64,000 nt of DNA, from positions 248,001 to 312,000 of the forward strand of contig JANJGN010000210.1 of assembly GCA_026770705.1 (NCBI GenBank), read 5' to 3'. Source of the DNA: Isurus oxyrinchus (lineage: Eukaryota). Shown piece after piece: positions 45,980 to 59,834 of this stretch. The position numbers and the translations under genes are program-made. A model generated the notes under the pieces. It saw only the letters and a list, made by a program, of their open reading frames with translations. It ran no database searches and was not told where the DNA came from. Position 1 is the first letter of the stretch. Each line of letters opens with the position of its first letter.

Positions 45980-48337
45980 ATCATTGGGTTGCCATATAAC
46001 CTCAATGATGGGAGTTCAGTGTGTGAACTCTGAATCTTCGCCTCTGAAAGAACCAGTAACTTCCGATTGGAAACAGTGAAAGTAGAGCCTGTTATAGGGA
46101 AAGCGAAAGCCAAGGAAAGTAGAAAGAAAGAGAAAAACTGAGAGACAGAGGGAGAGAAAGAGAGGAAAATATGCCGAGACACTGAAAGATACAGAGGATG
46201 GAGACAAAGATTGACGCAGAGAGCAGAAAGTGTGTGCATGAGAGAGAGAAAGAGAGAGGGAGGGTGAAACTGCGAGAGACAACGGAGGGAGGCAAAGCCA
46301 GACATTTAAATGGAGAAGGAGAAAACGATTGACAGGTTCAGTTATTGATTTCCAGCTAATTGTGCTTTAGTTTTGTCCCATTGTGTGATTTCAGTGTGAC
46401 TAAATCCGGTTCTACTGATCAACGGACATCGAGCTGTGGGCAACAGCACTGCAGAAACCTGTCGTTTTACTGTGATGTTTGAAATAAGGAAACTGAACAG
46501 TGAAAACGGTTAAAAGCTGCACGTTTCTCAGGCACTGGGATTAGAAGGTTAGAAAAGTGTGGTTATTGAGAACGGCAGTCTCTAGCATTCCCCCTCACCT
46601 CCTTTTATTTATTAGTTGTTCTTATTGAACTATGAGAAAATGGGGAGATGTAACACAGAAATAGAAGGGGTTCATACACCCGCCCTTTTTATGTCATTGC
46701 TTTGTTAAACATTACAGTATTTAATGTTTTTAATCAATTGCCTGCAATTAAATCCCAATTGTCTTCAAGCACCAATTTTCCAAGATTGCCTTTTAAACCC
46801 CTCAACTCATCCCTCATTGTCACACACTCTGCCAAAATGTCTTTGTTTACATAAATTGCTCGTTATTTCCCTGTCAGTCCAACATTCTCTCTTTCTGTGT
46901 ATCTGAATCTCCCCCTCTCTGCATCTCTCTCCATCGGAAAAACCTACCTCTGCATCTGAAGACATAATATTCCTGTATAGGAACAGGAGGAGGCCATTCA
47001 ACCCCTAGAGCCTGCTCGACATTTACTAAGAGAATCTTTGATCTGCCCAAGAACTTCAGTACCTTACCTCCATGTTCCTTAATCAACAAAAATGGGAGCA
47101 GCACTGGTAAAGAAACTCGCAGAAATGGAGTTCAAACGCACATGAGCATTCATGTATTCAATTTTCTGTTAATTTTCTCAATCACTGGACCATCCTGATT
47201 CACTGGAATTACCTGCCCAGCGTTCAATCAACTAGATGATTAGTTGGTTTCAAAACGTATTCTACCCCTAACCCCATCTCAAAGCATTACTACGTTATGG
47301 TCAGCAATGCCCAGATTTTCTTCTGGCTTTACTTCTCACCCTAATTTGTTTCACTCCCCGTTACCTTGCTGTTCTTCGTTTTTTTGCATTTTGCTTTATA
47401 AAGACAACAGTGCACCCTGTGGGAACTCTATTCCCTTAGCCCCTTTACATACTTCTGGTGAAGTAATACTAGGTAATGCAAGCACTATTATTAATATTCT
47501 GTTTACTATATTCCTTAATTTGTCTGCATATTTCTTTCTTCAACTCCCTTCAAGACGCAAATCAATTCAGAGATAGAGATATGGAAATAAAGAGCTACAG
47601 AGTGACACAAAGACACTCAAAGAGAGCGAGAAAAATGGAAAAGGAGAGAGAGGGAGACACCGAGAGAGAGAAGGTCCAAATACTGAGTTTTAATATAACA
47701 GTTAACACTGCGCTCAGGTTGCGAATTCAGTCCCATCTTCCGGCTCTGATTTGCAATAGAGAAAGAAAAAAAGCATGCATTTATAAAGCGCCTTTCATGA
47801 CATCAGAACTTTACAAAACACTTAACAGTCAAAAAAGGCTCTAGAGTGTCTTTATGTGGGAAACATGACAGGCAATTTACACACGGAAAGCTTCCATAAA
47901 CAACAAGGTGAGAATGACCTGGTGATCTACTTCTGTGATGTTGATTTGGGGGCGGGGGTGGTGTTGGTTGGGTAGGAGGGGGGGGGATGAAAATTGATAT
48001 ACAACCTGTCAGTCAGTCATCGAAGCCACCATTTCCACTCATGCCTCGCAGAGATGTAAATTCCTGCGCATGTTTCAGATGGTTCCCTCATGTAACTCGA
48101 CTGTTCACGCGGAGGGTGTGTTGTGTCCCATACTATGTGGTCCAGGATTTATGAAGTTACTGTTGTGGGCCTGAGACTCTGTTGTTATTGTGTTTCTTAT
48201 TTTGATAACATGTTGCCTTACCTGTTTGACACCGATATTCATGACCATTGAACCCACTGAGGAAATGGGGCCCTTGTTTCAGGATCCACCGGGCATCATG
48301 GTGAGTTATGGAGGCAGTGTAATCCCCACCATGTTCA

Positions 48338-48676
48338 TGTATTTGTACAGATGTCTCCATGCTCTGTATCACCACGCTATGCGTCGACTCAGTGCACAGT
48401 AATACACAGCGGAGTCGCTCAGTTGTGGTTTGGAGATCTTTAACTGGCTACTTTTCTCGGCCGAATTGATAGAAGCAGAAATTCTTCCCCTGGCAGCGTT
48501 TTCTTTCTTCTCCTCTCCTGAAGTGTGTCGCTCAAGCAGGTATTCCTGTCCTGGAGATTGACAGTACCAGTGTACTGTGTACTGACAGAACCCTGAGTAT
48601 TCACAGTTTAAAGTAACGGGGTCACCGGCAGCAGAGGCTTGGAAATGCGGACTCTGGGATACCAGAGAACTGGAAT
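48338..48676 (-). pseudogene. Supporting TCR-delta V, inverted cassette copy B
   Basis: ORF 48369-48698; the heptamer is further decayed to CGTGGTG. Confidence 0.85.
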
Positions 48677-51600
48677 CTGTAGGGTCAAAAATAAACATTA
48701 TTTGTCGGTGTAACCACTGTTTGCCCGGGGGAATTTGTTAATAGCTCTTGATTTTGCGGTTTTCTTCACTTGGCGCCTGTTCGAACTGTATTCACGATTA
48801 TTAAATGTGGTCAAGATGATACATGAGGATGATAATTTATTTTGCAGAGCAAGTTATTCACATCTGGAATGCACGGTGAAAATGTGTGATAGGAGCAGAT
48901 TCAACAGTAACTTTCAAAAGGATGATGGATCTGTGCTGGAACAGGGATAAATGCATGTCTACGGGGAAAATGTCTGGTTAACAGGGACAATTGGATTGCA
49001 CTTTTAAAGGGGCAGCCAATGCGCAAGTGCCTGAATGTCATCCTTCCGTGTTGGATGTTTCTGTGATGTATATTAAATTTCTGTTTGTATTTTCTTTGGT
49101 GAGAGACAAACCCGAAGGAATGTCTTATTATCAATGACGTAATCAATTACCAAAAATAGTTAATCGGTAGCGACACAGCTGCGTTGCATCACTGCACACA
49201 GCAAGTTCCAACAAAAAGCGATGAGCTTAATGATCCGTTTGGGCCAAACTGATAGTGAACATCAATGGTCAAAGGTCAATTATTTACTGCAGTTTAACAC
49301 TGCTCTGGAGTTTCAATCTGCCGTTCCTTCCATTTCCCTATTTTCATCCATCAACAGGGTCTAATTTATTCCATTTCCATTTAACTTGAAATCTTTACAT
49401 TCAGTTCCCCTTCATTTTTACATTTCCTTTGTGCTGTTCGCGCTTTTTACAATCGTGGGAACTTGTCCCAAAGTCTTTCAGTAGTCGGTTTGTTTCAGTC
49501 TGTTCAGTTTCCACACTGGTTTTACTGTTACTTACTGGGAACTGCTTCTTCCGGCTCTCTGACAATTTAAGTTCTTTCCGCCCATTGACTGATTCTGTCC
49601 CGGGTGCTCTGGGTGGAGATTTCACTAGGTTTTACATTGTACAGGATATGCAGAAGATGAAAACGCTATTCGGTCCAACTGAGTAATGGTGAAATGATGA
49701 TTCCAGCAAGCAATGTTTGATTTCCAGGTCTGGATAATTCAGAGTTTCCAGTTCCAGTGATAAAACATGAAGCCACACTCAGAGGGACAATGAAATGGGT
49801 GTGGACACTGTGTTTGGGACATGGTTTAAAGTTCACACTCACTGCCTTGGTGAAATCTTGTCATTGTGTATAAACTGCCCTGGATCAAACAACACGTTCT
49901 GTTGAAATAAGCCTTGGTCCTGGAAACTGAAGGGGAGTAGGACATGTGGCTGCTGAATAATCCAGGCAGCTAACCAAAGGGCAGAAAATGGCCAAAGAAT
50001 GACTTCAGGAGCACAGGCCTCACACGGTTTCGGCCGAACGTACATCACTCAAACGTGGTCGATTGTTGAATCGACCTTTGAGTAGCTCCTGATGAGCTGC
50101 CGCTGATCCCCAATGTGCAATCGGAGACAGAAACCTCATCTGATTCATCGGAAAAGAAAAGAAAGATCTACAAAGACCTTTCTGCTTCATACACAAGTTT
50201 TGCACGTTAAATATTGTCCAAATTCTTTCCGATTTTGAATACTACTGCCCTGAAACAGCGCAGAACAGCCCATGACATAAATATGTTTTGCCTCAGAGCT
50301 ACCACAAATACAATTTGTATTTTAAAACACATTTAACCTAATGAGATGTCCCTTCAGCAGGTAGTGGCAGTGATCTGCGTGCAACATGAATTCTGAGAGG
50401 CCGATGTGGCTAATCACACGCGTCATCGTCTGCAATGTGGGAACACTGATATAAATTGCTATCATTATTACTAATACTCAGATTGTAGTAGCTTAAATTT
50501 AGGAGACCAAGGTTCTGTAAAAGTAACCGTACGGTGAAGGATTAATTGAATGTTTTTCAATCAGTATTTGTTTGCAAAAAAAACCATAATTTCTTCTATC
50601 AATAGGTTTCATTTTTCTCCTTTACATGTATTTTTATATATTTACATTTAATTTCATTTTATTTTTCCATTTCCTTTGTACTGTTTGCACATCTTGCATG
50701 GGAAGGTAGCAATCGTGGGAACTTGTCCTAAATTCTTTCAGTTGTCGGTTGGTTTCAGTCTGTTCAGTTTCTGCAGTGGTTTTACAGTTACTTACTGGGA
50801 AATGCCTCGTCCGCCCTTCGGACAATTGCAAATTTCTTCCGCCCATTGACTGATTGACGGGGCTGATTGGAGTTTTCCCTAAGTTTTACTTTACACAGAA
50901 TCTGCCTGAAGAGGAATAATCCATTCTGCTCAAATGATTTATCCCTGTGTATTTACTGCAGACCAGCCCCCATCTGCCTGAAATCTAATTGTCAATTTCT
51001 AGTCAGCTCCCTGTGCCAGTCTGTTCCGTTCTCCCGTCTGTATTTTCAAGTATTCCCATAATTGTATCAATACTATCTGCTCCAACCACTCCCTGGGCAG
51101 CAAGTTCCACATTTTGACCTGCCTGTTTTTACACATCTTCTTCATCGTGTCTTTATTTGTTCTGTTTTTGACTATCTTCTGTTAATGGCACTAGCTTCAC
51201 CCACAAATAAACGGCTATTCCACAAATACTCCAATGAACCCGTCCATTGCTTAAACGATTTCTATGAATTCTCCTCCTATTTCTCTGTTCTCCAGATACA
51301 AGAGACCCGGCCTGTTCAACCTATGCACAAAGAGGTGGATTGTTCCTGATTTCTTTTCTCAGAGGTGTAACAGATCAAAGCAGTTAATATAACAAACAGA
51401 AGCAGGAGCGACCATGTTACCTTTCAAAACTTTTCCGCCATTCAGTAATAGCCTGACTCATTCTCGATCTCAACATCGCTTTGGCGCAATGTCCCCATAT
51501 CCGTTGATTCTTTTAGCATCCCAAAATCCATTGAACACTTCCTTTAATACACTCAACTACAGCTCTCTGAGGTAGAGAATGTCACAGATTCACAACAATG

Positions 51601-52829
51601 ATTTCACTGAATAAATTTCTCTTCTTCTCATTTCTCATGGCCGAATCCTTACTCTGAAACTGTGACCCGTAGTTATGGACTTAACACCCTGGGGAAACAC
51701 CCACCGAGAATCTATCCTGTCCTGGAAGTTAAATGTTCCAATTAAATTACATGTCATTCGTCTAAACTCTTGGGACCATAGGCCCAGGCTACTCAACCTC
51801 CTCTTACAGGACAATCCCTTTATCTCACGAATCAGGCTGATGAACCTTTGTTGCGCTAGCTCCAAGACAAGGAGGTCCTTCCTTAAGTAAAGAGATCATA
51901 ACTTTACACAACATTCCAAACTGGAGTCCATTTCAGTCATTCCTCCATGCACCTCACCGACTAACATGGGCTCGGATTGTAATTTGAATGGGCCAGAGAT
52001 CCTCCAATCTTTCTCTCCCTTTCGATTAATTATTTCTTGCTGCTTCGAAATGAACATTCCCCCAGATTGTCAATGTTTCCTAAGGTCCCTTTTCTCCTTT
52101 ATAAGATTAATACACAATCCTCAGTCTCTCAGTGCGCTGTGCTGTTTTAATTAACAGTAATCAGGAATACAGATAAATTACAGCAATCCCATTTCTCAAA
52201 CATTTACATTCAATATAGAGAAGTGTCTGCAATTCCAAACCTGCGCATCTGACAGCTGAAAAGGAGGAAAGTGATTGGTTATATGATGGCAATTGAGAGA
52301 AGTGGCGGGGTCAATGTCACTAATTTTAGTCACTGGTTGCCCAATCATAAAATTCCATCTGGACCCACATCAGGGTGTCTTATATCTGAAGTCCCTTGTG
52401 TCACTCTCCCGTTTCTCTCCCGGGTCAGGTATTGAACGAGCCGCTGCAGGTATCCGAACTGGCCATAGTTGTGTTGAGTTTATTCACTCGGTACCTCATT
52501 CACATTGCTCAGGTCGGACTGCAATCTGCTGCCCAGTAGAGAGATCTGTGACCTCGCTCCCAGGCTCTAAGGGACAGACAGAGCGCCCTCGGTCACGGTT
52601 AACACCAGGAGTGGATTCCGGATTGTCGACAATCTGCGCTCATCAAAAACGATTCAGAGTGTGAGAGTCTGTAATGTTGATGTTGTCCCCGATGTGCCCA
52701 TTAAACCAATAATGGTCCAGATTCCGTCAACTCCCACATCTCACCCAAACTCCACTGATATCAATAATAAAGTGACGGTGAACATTACCTGGGACAGGCT
52801 GCAACCTGGCGGTGTTTGGAGTCACTTAC

Positions 52830-52921
52830 CGGCTGTGGCAGTCACCACCGTCCCGGATCCATCCACATAATCTTATTTTCACCACATTGACCCCGCTCTC
52901 AGTCTCTCCGGTACAACAATC
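52830..52921 (-). other. NAR-TCR J with 23-RSS, copy B
   Basis: DYVDGSGTVVTATA/GTAAGT; heptamer CACATTG 52883-52889, 23 bp, ACAACAATC. Confidence 0.88.
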
Positions 52922-53234
52922 ATTGACACCTCAAACTGCAGGGAAATCATCATCAGACAGTAGAAACTGCCCAGTTATTGAGCGGATTAAAATAAGTGTA
53001 AAATATTCAATGTTTCAAAGCTTCTGTCGGTTCAAACTGTTCTTTGTGAGGCCCTGAGCTCTGAGTAAATGGCCCCGGGAAGGAGATGTTTGCTTCATAT
53101 AAACCGAGAAATTATCAAAGAAAGATAACTGAATGGTGGAAATTACAAGAAATATAACCAGATTACAGTGATAATAACATCAACCCGACAATTTCCTATC
53201 CGGGCCCAGAGAATTTAAACAGTGATCGTACAGA

Positions 53235-53745
53235 GATATTTGCTCCGGTCTGCCCCACTCTGACTGTACCGCATGCTGTACATATACAGAGCTTTACAGT
53301 AATAGGTGGTGGTGTTTCCAACTCTCAGATCCCTAATTTCCAGCGAAAATGTATTTTCTGCTTTATTCACCGACACAACAAATCTCCCCTCGCTGGAGAT
53401 CCGCTCCCGGTCTGGGTTTGTCTGAAGAAATCCCCGCCCGTCAAAGTACGAGAGAAAAAGCCACCATAGAAAACGCAGGTGATGGTGAGAGACTGACACT
53501 CCTTCCTGGTCACCGCTGCCGGGGTCTGTACCACTGACTGACTGAAAGAGCCTGGAAATTAAACAGAGAGCGTTTAATGGACCATCAGAGCCGAACCACA
53601 GAGCGGGGTCGAAACCCCGGACATTGTCTGGAATTGGGATGGACTCGGGCAGCTTTATATTAAACAAACACAGTGTCGGTTTGTTTGATCGGTACTTACG
53701 GGGTAAACGGACACACAGGGTGAAAAGAAAGAGAATTCCAATCGT
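53235..53745 (-). pseudogene. Germline V-D-fused NAR-TCR V pseudogene, copy B
   Basis: Same junction, 10-bp deletion and lost ATG as copy A. Leader 53745-53700, exon 53551-53263, 12-RSS 53262-53235. Confidence 0.9.
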
Positions 53746-55060
53746 TCTGCTGCCTGGAGCTGAGGGTTTATATGACGGGGCGCTGGAGACTGTAGGCCCG
53801 GACTGCACTGGGAGACCGGACCTCAGAGCTGGACCTAAATATTTAAGTGGGTGCTGAGTTGATTTGCACAGGACAGTTCCGCTCTGATCATTGATGGGCC
53901 GCACGGTTCCCGGGTCGCTGGCTAAGTCTGTGACTAAGAGACAGGTTTATAAAAGGAGACTGCAATTTTTTGACTCTTCATTTGGATTGTGATCCGGATG
54001 TGAAAGGTCCTCCTGCAATACTCTGGGGTACAGAGGTGGGGGAGGGGAGCTTTTCTTTCTGCCAGTTACGCTGCCGCCTTCAAATCCCCGCAATAATGAA
54101 CTGGGAGGTCGGTGCGTGTGTTTGTATCGGGTGGTTTTTGAGAGATGGCGCTTCCCGTCAGTCCCTCAGCCTGACCAGTAAAGCCAATGAGTTCGAGGGG
54201 CTGAACGGTGACCCGGCACTACACCAAGGAGGCAGGAACACCCGGGAGACTTTAATCCAACGAACCTTCAGTTAATCCCACACAAATGGGTTTGCAAGCC
54301 AGCATTACGTGGCGCATTCATATGCAGCACTTTAGTGCGACATCTGTCACTTCATCAGCTGCAACAAGGGGCTTTGGACACAAATCTAAATATCCACTCA
54401 AACACAAATGACAGGTCTGTGAAACATACAAATGCAGCACAAAGGAGCCACCCTCAGTCATAGAAATACATGTGGATTTTATTTTGATCCATCATCTGGT
54501 CCAACAAATTTGCCTCATATTTCCTTTCCATTCCCGTGCAGTTTTTCTCTACAGCGCTGTCCCCATGGCCTCTGACCACGATGAAACTACATTTATTGAT
54601 TGACTTTAAGTCCGATATAAATGCGAAAACTCCAAAGCAACTTTCACGACGCCTGGAGGTGTTTAGGCGTCAGTGCTTGCTCACCGATTTGTCCTATTCT
54701 GTCTTCACTCCCAATTTAACGTATTTATTTCCACGTGTTTTACTGCGGTGGGAGTGTTTACTTCGAGGAGAGATTTACCCAGCAGAGAGACATCAAGGCA
54801 AAGGGACAGACAAGCTAAGAAGGTCAGAGCGAGGGAGGGGGAACCATCCAGTGAATTAAATTATCCGCAGCTCACATTCATTGGTGCGTAGCTGTCATCA
54901 GCTCGGACAGACAAGTGAATCTTCTCCTTGGGAATCGCCCCTCTCTGCCTCAATAAGTGGAGCCCGATCCTGTTCTGGGTTTCACTTTAATATCAGACTA
55001 GAGGGACCAACATATTAAGATGAACCTGTGATTTTTTTGTCGAGCTCGAAACCAGATACC

Positions 55061-55529
55061 ATGAGCTCACCATGTCCCTTACTCCCAATAATTGCCTTGC
55101 TGCCTGGTAAGTCTATGTCGACATAGTCACTGTGTTTACGGGGGTTGTATTTCCTCGCCGGCTTTGAACCATTCTGTATATGTGTTACAGGGTCGAATGG
55201 CACAGATTCAATGTCCCAGGATCCGTCTGCATTAATGATAATGGAAGGACAGAGCATAATACTGGGCTGCAGTTACTCACCAGCCGGCCCTGTCACAACT
55301 CTGTTCTGGTATGTCCAGTATCCCGGGGAAGCTGCGAGACATTTACTGAAGCTTGGGGAATGAAGAAAGGCTTCCAAGCTAACCAGACAGATTTTCTGGT
55401 TATTTCCACAAAGGAAATATAGCGTCTCCTTTAAATATCGCCGGGGAACTTCTCTCCGAAAGCGCCGTGTATTTCTGTGCCCTGGAGCTCACAGTGCTGC
55501 GGAGATATTGCCGATCCCGTGCTGAAACC
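55061..55529 (+). pseudogene. TCR V pseudogene, copy B of 14424-14892
   Basis: Leader 55061-55106, exon from 55191, same stop; CACAGTG 55490-55496. Confidence 0.85.
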
Positions 55530-58120
55530 TCACTGAGAGGTACCGTTAGTGCCCACCAGAGGGCGCTCTCACACCGATACACATAAGCAATAAAGCAGCC
55601 GCCACAGTGAGGGCCACAGAAAGATTCAAAACACATCAAACACGAAGAGCTGAGGAACACTTGCGCAATTATATTAATCAATTTCAACTCACGTCTGTAC
55701 CATAATCGACATTCCTAAATCGATTTGATCGCTTTCATATATTTATTGCCGTTTGACACAGTTTCAGTGCCTGTTTGAGATATTGAACAACCAGATGATC
55801 GGCTGAAGCCTCGTCCACACACAGGACACGTGTGCGGTTTCTCTCTGCTGTGAATGGTGCTTTCTCCTTCCATGTTCAAAATCCGATGATATTCAGGTTA
55901 CGATAAATTGGGTAACTCTTGACAGATCCTGATGTGATGCTTGGTTTGAGTTTCCGGACTCGAAATCATACCCGTCTAAAAACCTGTCAAAATGTTTTAA
56001 AATAGGAAAAAGTGAGAGAGACCCCACAAAAACACAAAGACAGGTTGTGAAATTGAGCTGAAAGAATCTGGTGATTTGTGGGGCCGACACTAGGAAAAAG
56101 TGACCATGAAAACTGGTGGACTGTCGTAAAACCCCAACTGGTTCACTAATGTGCTTCAGGGAAGGAAACATGCCACCCAGTCTGGTCCTATACAAGACTC
56201 TGGAATATGGGGGGAGAAGAGTGAAAGAGGCCTGGGAGCAGAAGCAGAGAACGAGAGGAATATTATTTATATTTGTGCAAATCGAAAGAACTTTGACAGA
56301 ATCTCATGAATCCTCAATCTCCACCACCTAGAAGGACCAGGGTAGCAGGTGTATGTGAACACCATCACCCCCAGGTTCTCCTCCAAGTCACACACCATCC
56401 TGACCTGCCCAACACCCAGCACTGGATGAGGAGAATTTTCCTCCATTTAAATATTGAGAAGGCTGAAGCCGTTGACTTCAGTCCCCAGTACAAACTCCAC
56501 TCCCTAGGCACCGACTCCAGCCCCCTCCCTGTCAACTGCCTGAGGCTGAAGGAGATCCTTCAAAACATTGGTGTCATATTTGACCCCAAGACAAGCTCCA
56601 CCCACATACCTGCATCATCATGAAGACTGGATTCCACTTTAGTAACATCGCCAGACTCCACCCCAGTCTCAGCTCATCTGCTGCTGAAACCATCATCCAT
56701 TCCTTTGTTCCCTCTGAGATGTCTGGACTCTACTTCTGACTTCCTGACAATTCCTGATTTCATTTGCTCCACATTTGGTACCTGTAGCTGCCAAGGCCAT
56801 AAACTCTGGGAATTCATTACTAATCCTGTCCACCTCTCTATCTTCCTTTCCTCCTTTAAGATACTCCTTTAAAAAGACCTCTGCTTCCGGTACCCCATGA
56901 GTTCATAGAAGCAATCACTATCAGTCCAGGATGGAAATTCAGAGGAAACAAATATTTTCTTGCTTTGAGTTTGCTGTGCATAAATCCTCCCCTTCTAACC
57001 CCCTGTAAAAGGAGTTTCCAAAATCCATCCCAGCATAGAAATTCACAGCATTCTCTCCTCCTCCTTCCTGGTCCAGGATGACCTCACATGTGTCCTCTGC
57101 ACATTGTCCCTCGTTGTCATCAGCAATCCCTCGATTAGAAGGTGATGTCTACTCAGGGTTGTGAGTTTCTGCCATTGGTCTTCATGTGACTGAACAGACA
57201 CACAGATCTTTGGACACATGGGGCAGGTCATCTATGAGGTGGTGAGATCAGGAGAGCAGGATTTTCTTCCTTTTCTTGCCTTCTCTGCTGCTGCTTTGCC
57301 TCATCAATAAGACATTATTGATCAGCTCAAAGGTTAATACAGCTTGATGGACAAGTTGTCATCATTTTGAACAAGGGGTAACAAGCTCCTCCCAGTCATT
57401 ACAACATTGCCCCCTACAAAGATGCTGGTCATGCACGTGGCCATTGTGGTGGCATAGTGGCATTGTGATGTACTCGTATTCAAGAGACTCTGGGGACGTG
57501 GGTTCAATCCCCACCACAGTAGATGGTGAAATTTGAATTCAATAAAAATCTGGAATTAAAAATCTAAAGATGACCATGAAACCATTGTCGATTGTTATAA
57601 AAATCCTTACCTGGTCTGGCCTATCTGTGACCCCAGACCCTCAGCAATGTGATGATTCTTAACTGCCCTCTGAACAAGGACACTTAGGAATGGCCAGTAA
57701 CTGCTGGCCCAGCCACTGACACCCACATTCCAGGAATGAATAAAAAATGATGGGGCCTTTAGCCTGAGCCGAACACGGCTGCGGGTTTACACAACATGTC
57801 TCTGTCCATCGCTCGCTCCGCCCTGCCATTCCCCCCACCCCCCCGCCTTCACCAATTGTAGACCCCCCTTATCCGCACTGTACATGCTTCAGTCAGCCCC
57901 GCCTCCTCATTGGTTGCAGGGCCAGCCTCTCGGCGTGCACGTGTCCCCCAGTCCCGCCCCCTTTTCCTATTGGTCCGGAGCAACGGTCAATTGTGACGGT
58001 TTCAGACGCTGAAAGCGGCCACAGACTCAGCCTGACTTGCTGATTGGCAGCATTTTCTGTTTGGGAATTAGAGCTAGAGATGGATGGTCAGTTCCCCTCT
58101 GTCCGGGGGGATTCACACTC

Positions 58121-58190
58121 ATTTCCCAGTGCAGTGATTATCACATTTACTTTACATGAGAGAGTCCCCGGTTCAATCCCGGCGGAAACT
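58121..58190 (+). pseudogene. tRNA-Val(TAC)-like pseudogene, copy B
   Basis: ATTTCCCAGTGCAGTGATTATCACATTTACTTTACATGAGAGAGTCCCCGGTTCAATCCCGGCGGAAAC; TAC sits at the anticodon position. Confidence 0.62.
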
Positions 58191-59059
58191 TTGTGTTTAA
58201 AATTATTACCGATGAGGAATTAACAATTAGTTTAGTTTCATGTCGAACAGGGTGACAATTACTAAAACAAAAACAAAAATACCTGGAAAAACTCAGCAGG
58301 CCTGGCAGCATTTGTGGAGAGGAGCACAGTTAATGTTTCGAGTCCCAATGACCCTTCAAGACAATTACTGCTGTCTCGTTCTTTAAAAGCTCTTCTTCAC
58401 CTTTATACAGGTAACAATAAGTGAGAGAAAGCACAGTGACCCCAAAAAAAGATACTGCAGATGCTAGAAATCCAACCTCAAAACAGAAAATGTTGGAAAT
58501 ACTCAGCAGGTCAAGCAGTATCTATGGAGAGGTAAACAGAGTGAATGTTTCACATCGGTGACCCTTCATCCAAACAGGAAAGAGTGAAAGATTTAATACT
58601 TTTCCAGCAAATATAGGGTCAGGTAAAAGAGAGGGGGAGAGGAGGAAAGAACAAACGGTCTGCGATAGGATGGAAGACTGAGTAAATGATCAAGGGGATG
58701 ATGATTCAAAGCAAAATTGAAGACTGCGGTTGAGTACAATTCTGCTGCTGCTGATGGCTCACAGCACCTCATGGTTGCATGATCTGTTTGAGATCTAGGG
58801 TTGTAGTACCAGACAACACAATGGAGGGTATCCTCAATGTGAAGCGGAGATTTTGTCTCCACAAGATCTATGGTTCTGTGAATATGAGTATGTCAGGCTG
58901 TTGCTTAACTCCTCTGTGAGACAGCTCTCTCATTCTTGGCACCAGCCTGCAGATGACTTCATCGGGTTGACAGGGCTGAGTTTGCCTTTGTTGCTTCTGG
59001 TGCCTGGGCCGATGCCGGGTGGTCTGGTTTCATTCCTTAATCATTTTCCGGTCGTGGTT

Positions 59060-59680
59060 TGATACAACTGAGGGCATTTCAGAGTCAACCACATTCTTGT
59101 GGGTCGGGAGTCACATGTAGGCCAGACCAGGTAAGGATGGCAGATTTCCTCCCCTAAAGGACATTAGTGAACTAGATGGGCTTTTACGACTATCGACAAT
59201 GGTTTTGTTGCCAACATTAGACTTTTCATTGAAATTTAATTCCACCATCCGTCTTGTAAACATTTTTTTTCACTCCTGGGCTTCGCTGGCTGGGCCAGAA
59301 TTTATTCCCCATTCCTAGTTTCCCTTGAGAAGATGGGGCGAGCTGCCTTCTTGAACCGCTGCAGTCCATGTGGTGTAGGTACACCCACAGTGCTGTTACG
59401 AAGGGAGTTCCAGGATTTTGACCCAGTGACAGTGAAGAAATGGCAATATATTTCCAAGTCAGGATGGTGATTTACTTGGAGGGGAACCTCCAGGTGGTGG
59501 TGTTCCCATCTATCTGCTGCCCTTGTCCTCCTAGGTAGTTGTGGGTTTGGAAGGTGCTGTGTAAGGTGTCTTGGTGAAAGCCTGATGTTTTGGCGGGATT
59601 TGAACCTGGGTCCCTCAAGCATTACCCTGATCTCTGGATTACTTGTCCAGTGACAATACCACTATGCCAATGTCTCCCCG
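59060..59680 (-). mobile_element. SINE interrupted by a LINE 3' fragment (about 59265-59585)
   Basis: SINE core and tRNA head are separated by the LINE tail GCCAGAATTTATTCCCCATTCCTAG. Confidence 0.7.
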
Positions 59681-59834
59681 ATAACTGAAACCATTGTCTT
59701 CAGTCCCTTCTCCACTCCACAGCCACTGACTCCATCATCTCCCCAGCAACTGTCTGAGGCTGAATCAGACTTTTCACAACATCAGTGTCATGTTTCACCC
59801 CAAACTCATCTTCAAACCACATATCCGCATCATG

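Larger units (their letters stand above)
40565..58382 (+). repeat. Segmental duplication copy B
   Basis: Colinear with 1-17704 at an offset of about 40.6 kb. Confidence 0.95.
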
